DNA of 64,000 bases from an uncultured delta proteobacterium (GTDB lineage Bacteria > Myxococcota > Myxococcia > Myxococcales > Anaeromyxobacteraceae): NCBI GenBank assembly GCA_963766715.1, contig CAVYBH010000008.1, positions 288,001-352,000 on the forward strand, given 5' to 3'. This document shows positions 61,375 through 64,000 of the stretch, one piece after another. The number at the start of each line of letters is the position of its first letter. Position 1 is the stretch's first letter. Below the pieces are notes generated by a model. It saw nothing but the letters and a program-made list of their open reading frames with translations. It did not search any database and was not told the origin of the DNA. Both the position numbers and the translations under genes were made by a program.

Positions 61375-61711
61375 ATGGACCTCACCCGGAAGAAGTGCGT
61401 CCCCTGCGAGGGAGGAATCCCTCGCGTGGAGGGCGCGACCCTCGATGCGCTGCTCGCCTCGGTCTCGGGCTGGCACCTCGCCGACGACCGGATCCGCAAG
61501 CACTTCCGCTTCCCCGACTTCCGCGCCGCCATGGCCTTCGTCGACGCCATGGCCGACGTCGCCGAGGCGGAGGGGCACCACCCCGACTTCTGCGTCCACT
61601 ACTCCGCGGTGAACGTCGAGATCTGGACCCACGCCGCCGGGCGGGCTCACCGAGAACGACTTCATCCTGGCCGCCAAGATCGACCGGATTCCCGGGGCGC
61701 TGCCGGGCTGA
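61375..61711 (+). CDS. Pterin-4-alpha-carbinolamine dehydratase (frameshift near 61640)
   Basis: CVPCEGG, AEAEGHHPD, IWTH, GLTENDFILAAKID. Confidence 0.9.
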
Positions 61712-61764
61712 TCGGCCCCGGGGACCGATGCGACGGGGTCCTCCGCGGATTACATTCCCCTCCC

Positions 61765-62964
61765 GTGCCGCGCGCCCTCTCGTTCCTCCTCTTCTTCGCC
61801 GTCTTCGTCGCCCTGGTGGGCGGCATGCACTTCTACATCTGGACGCGGCTCGTCCGGGACACCGACCTCGGCGAGCCCTGGCGGCGCCTCTTCACGGTGG
61901 GCATCGTCGCCGCGGCGGTGGCGATCCCCGTCTCCTTCCTCGTCATGCGCGCCCGCGCGGGCGCGCTGGCCGACGGGTTCGTCTTCGCGGCCATGACGTG
62001 GATGGGCGTCGCCTTCCTCCTCCTGTCGTCGCTCGTGCGTCGTCGACCTGATGCGGCTCGCCGTGTCCGGCGCCGCATCGCTCGCCGACTGGTTCCGGCA
62101 CGCGCCCGAGGCGCCGGCCGATCCCGAGAGACGCCTGCTCGTGGCCCGGGCCGTGGCCGGCGGGGCCGTGCTCGCCGCCGGGGGCGCCACCGGGTTCGCG
62201 ATCCACACCGCGCTCGACGATCCGGAGATCCACGAGGTCCAGGTGAAGCTGGCGCGCCTGCCCCGCCAGCTCTCCGGCATCTCCATCGCCCAGATCTCCG
62301 ACCTGCACATCGGGAGCACCATCGGCGAGGCCGAGGTCCGGCGCGTGGTCGCGGCGACCAACGCCCTGCGCCCGGACGTCATCGCCCTCACCGGGGACTT
62401 CGTGGACGGCAGCGTCCGCACGCTGGAGCGGGCGGCGGCGCCGCTGGCCGCGCTCCAGGCCCGCTACGGCGTCTACTTCGTCACCGGCAACCACGAGTAC
62501 TACTCGGGCGCGGCGGCCTGGGTGGAGCACCTGCCGCAGGCTCGGCATCCGCGTCCTCCGCAACGAGCGGGTGGCGATCGGCGACCGCGGCGCGTCCATC
62601 GACCTGGCCGGGATCGACGACTGGCGCTCGGCGGGGATGGCCCCGGGTCACGGTCCCGACCTGGCGGCGGCGCTCTCCGGCCGCGACCCCGATCGCTCGC
62701 TCGTGCTGCTCGCCCACCAGCCCCGCGGCGTCGAGGAGGGGGCCCAGCGCCGGCGTGGAGCTCCAGCTCTCGGGCCACACCCACGGCGGCCAGATCTTCC
62801 CGTTCACGCTCGCCACCGCGCTCGTCTACCCCTACCTCCACGGCCTCTATCCGGTGCGGGAGGGAAACGGCTCGCAGATCTTCGTCTCGCGCGGCACCGG
62901 CTACTGGGGGCCGCCCATGCGGCTCGGCAGCCCGCCGGAGATCGCCCACGTCGTCCTGACCTGA
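61765..62964 (+). CDS. Membrane-anchored metallophosphoesterase, YkuE/YaeI-like (several frameshifts)
   Basis: N-terminal TMs; QISDLH, TGDFVD, TGNHEYY, LAHQP, LSGHTHGGQ, SRGTGYWGPPMRLG. Confidence 0.88.
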   Translation: MPRALSFLLFFAVFVALVGGMHFYIWTRLVRDTDLGEPWRRLFTVGIVAAAVAIPVSFLVMRARAGALADGFVFAAMTWMGVAFLLLSSLVRRRPDAARRVRRRIARRLVPARARGAGRSRETPARGPGRGRRGRARRRGRHRVRDPHRARRSGDPRGPGEAGAPAPPALRHLHRPDLRPAHREHHRRGRGPARGRGDQRPAPGRHRPHRGLRGRQRPHAGAGGGAAGRAPGPLRRLLRHRQPRVLLGRGGLGGAPAAGSASASSATSGWRSATAARPSTWPGSTTGARRGWPRVTVPTWRRRSPAATPIARSCCSPTSPAASRRGPSAGVELQLSGHTHGGQIFPFTLATALVYPYLHGLYPVREGNGSQIFVSRGTGYWGPPMRLGSPPEIAHVVLT

Positions 62965-62994
62965 TCGCCCCGGGCGATCGGCATCGGAGTCCCC

Positions 62995-63519
62995 ATGGCA
63001 GGTCCCCTGAACGTCGTCGGCCGCGCCCACCAGGCCGGCCCCTCGGCCCCCTTCACCTGGTTCGTCTACGGCTCGTCGCTCGACGGGGAGGCCTTCGCGG
63101 CCTGGGCCCGCGACCACGGCTACCGCGCGCCCGACTTCTCCGCGGGGCGCCCGGCCCGGCTGCGCGGCTGGCGGCTCGCCTTCGACGCCCCCAGCAAGAT
63201 GTGGGGAGGCCCGGTGGCCAGCCTCGTCGAGTCGGCCGGCGACGAGGTGGAGGGCATCGCGCTCCCCATGCCCGGCGACGCGCGCGGGCTCGTCGACCAC
63301 AAGGAGGGGGCGGTCTCCGGCCTGTACGAGCCCGTCCCGGTGACGCTCGAGACCCCCGCCGGCCCGGTGCAGGCCCTCGCCTACCGGGTCTCGCCGGCGC
63401 GCCGGCTGCCCACCGATGGTCCCCCGGCCCCGGCCTACCTCGACGTGCTCCTGCGGGGCGCGCGGGCCGTCGGGCTCTCCCCGGCCTGGATCGAGCGGCT
63501 CGAGTCCCTGCGGCGCTGA
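62995..63519 (+). CDS. Gamma-glutamylcyclotransferase family protein
   Basis: WFVYGSSL, GWRLAF, VEG, DHKEG...Y, YLDVLLRGA. Confidence 0.8.
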   Translation: MAGPLNVVGRAHQAGPSAPFTWFVYGSSLDGEAFAAWARDHGYRAPDFSAGRPARLRGWRLAFDAPSKMWGGPVASLVESAGDEVEGIALPMPGDARGLVDHKEGAVSGLYEPVPVTLETPAGPVQALAYRVSPARRLPTDGPPAPAYLDVLLRGARAVGLSPAWIERLESLRR

Positions 63520-63530
63520 GGCGGGCCGGC

Positions 63531-64000
63531 TCAGTCGACGAGCGCGGCCACGATCTCCGGAAGCCGCTCGGTCGCCGACCCGCGCGCGAAGTACCCGCGC
63601 GGGCTCCGCTCGGCCAGCTCGGAGAACGGGTTCTCCTCGGGGTTCACGTCGACGAGGGCCGCGCCCCCGGTGAAGCAGAGCTGCCCCACGCGCATGGGGA
63701 GGTTGGTGGCCCCGCTCGTGCCCACCACGATCAGGAGGTCGGCGTCCCGCGCGGCGCGGAGCGTGGAGTCGAAGCGGTAGTTCTCCTCGTCGTAGCACTC
63801 GTCGAACCAGAGGACGTGCGGGCGCAGCCAGCCCTTGCACCTCGGGCAGGTGAGCCGGGCCCGCTCCTCGGGGGAGAGCGGCGCCCGCGGATCGCGCACC
63901 ACCAGGTCGGGCAGCGGCAGCCGCCCCACCCCGCAGTCGTACGCACAGCGGACCCAGGCCGCGTCGCCGTGGATGCAGTAGGTCCGCTCCTCGGAGGCGC
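63531..64000 (-). CDS. Sir2/CobB-family NAD-dependent deacylase, C-terminal part (runs off window end)
   Basis: CIHGD, CPRC..LRPHVLWFDE, VVGTSG, DVNPE. Confidence 0.9.
   Translation of the reverse strand, partial: ASEERTYCIHGDAAWVRCAYDCGVGRLPLPDLVVRDPRAPLSPEERARLTCPRCKGWLRPHVLWFDECYDEENYRFDSTLRAARDADLLIVVGTSGATNLPMRVGQLCFTGGAALVDVNPEENPFSELAERSPRGYFARGSATERLPEIVAALVD

Overview
Very GC-rich bacterial window whose gene content resembles Myxococcota (Anaeromyxobacter-like; an inference). It is chromosomal housekeeping and metabolic DNA with no rRNA, tRNA, CRISPR array or transposase that I can support. About 25-30 single-base frameshifts break otherwise ordinary genes, most likely uncorrected long-read indel errors. 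In order: a circularly permuted ATP-grasp plus two DUF2126/transglutaminase genes; an extended phosphate-starvation island (HpnI-like glycosyltransferase, ppk1, DUF4833-like gene, metallophosphoesterases, alkaline phosphatase, phoU-pstBACS, phoRB) with 11-bp-phased GTCAC Pho-box-like repeats; GGDEF and THUMP methylase genes; an OPT transporter; TetR; a Liv-type ABC/acyl-CoA ligase operon; a pim-like beta-oxidation cluster with gcdH and IclR sharing a GTTTCG-N5-CGAAAC operator; Lhr helicase; two POT transporters; and small enzymes ending in a sirtuin. The standout is a pair of convergent genes at 25.9-28.0 kb that each carry an in-frame UGA followed by a candidate SECIS hairpin. One is an exported thioredoxin-TPR protein with a WUKTC (UxxC) active site. 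The other is a predicted outer-membrane beta-barrel whose mature chain would start with selenocysteine. Together they suggest a cell-envelope selenoprotein module that the ORF track misses.
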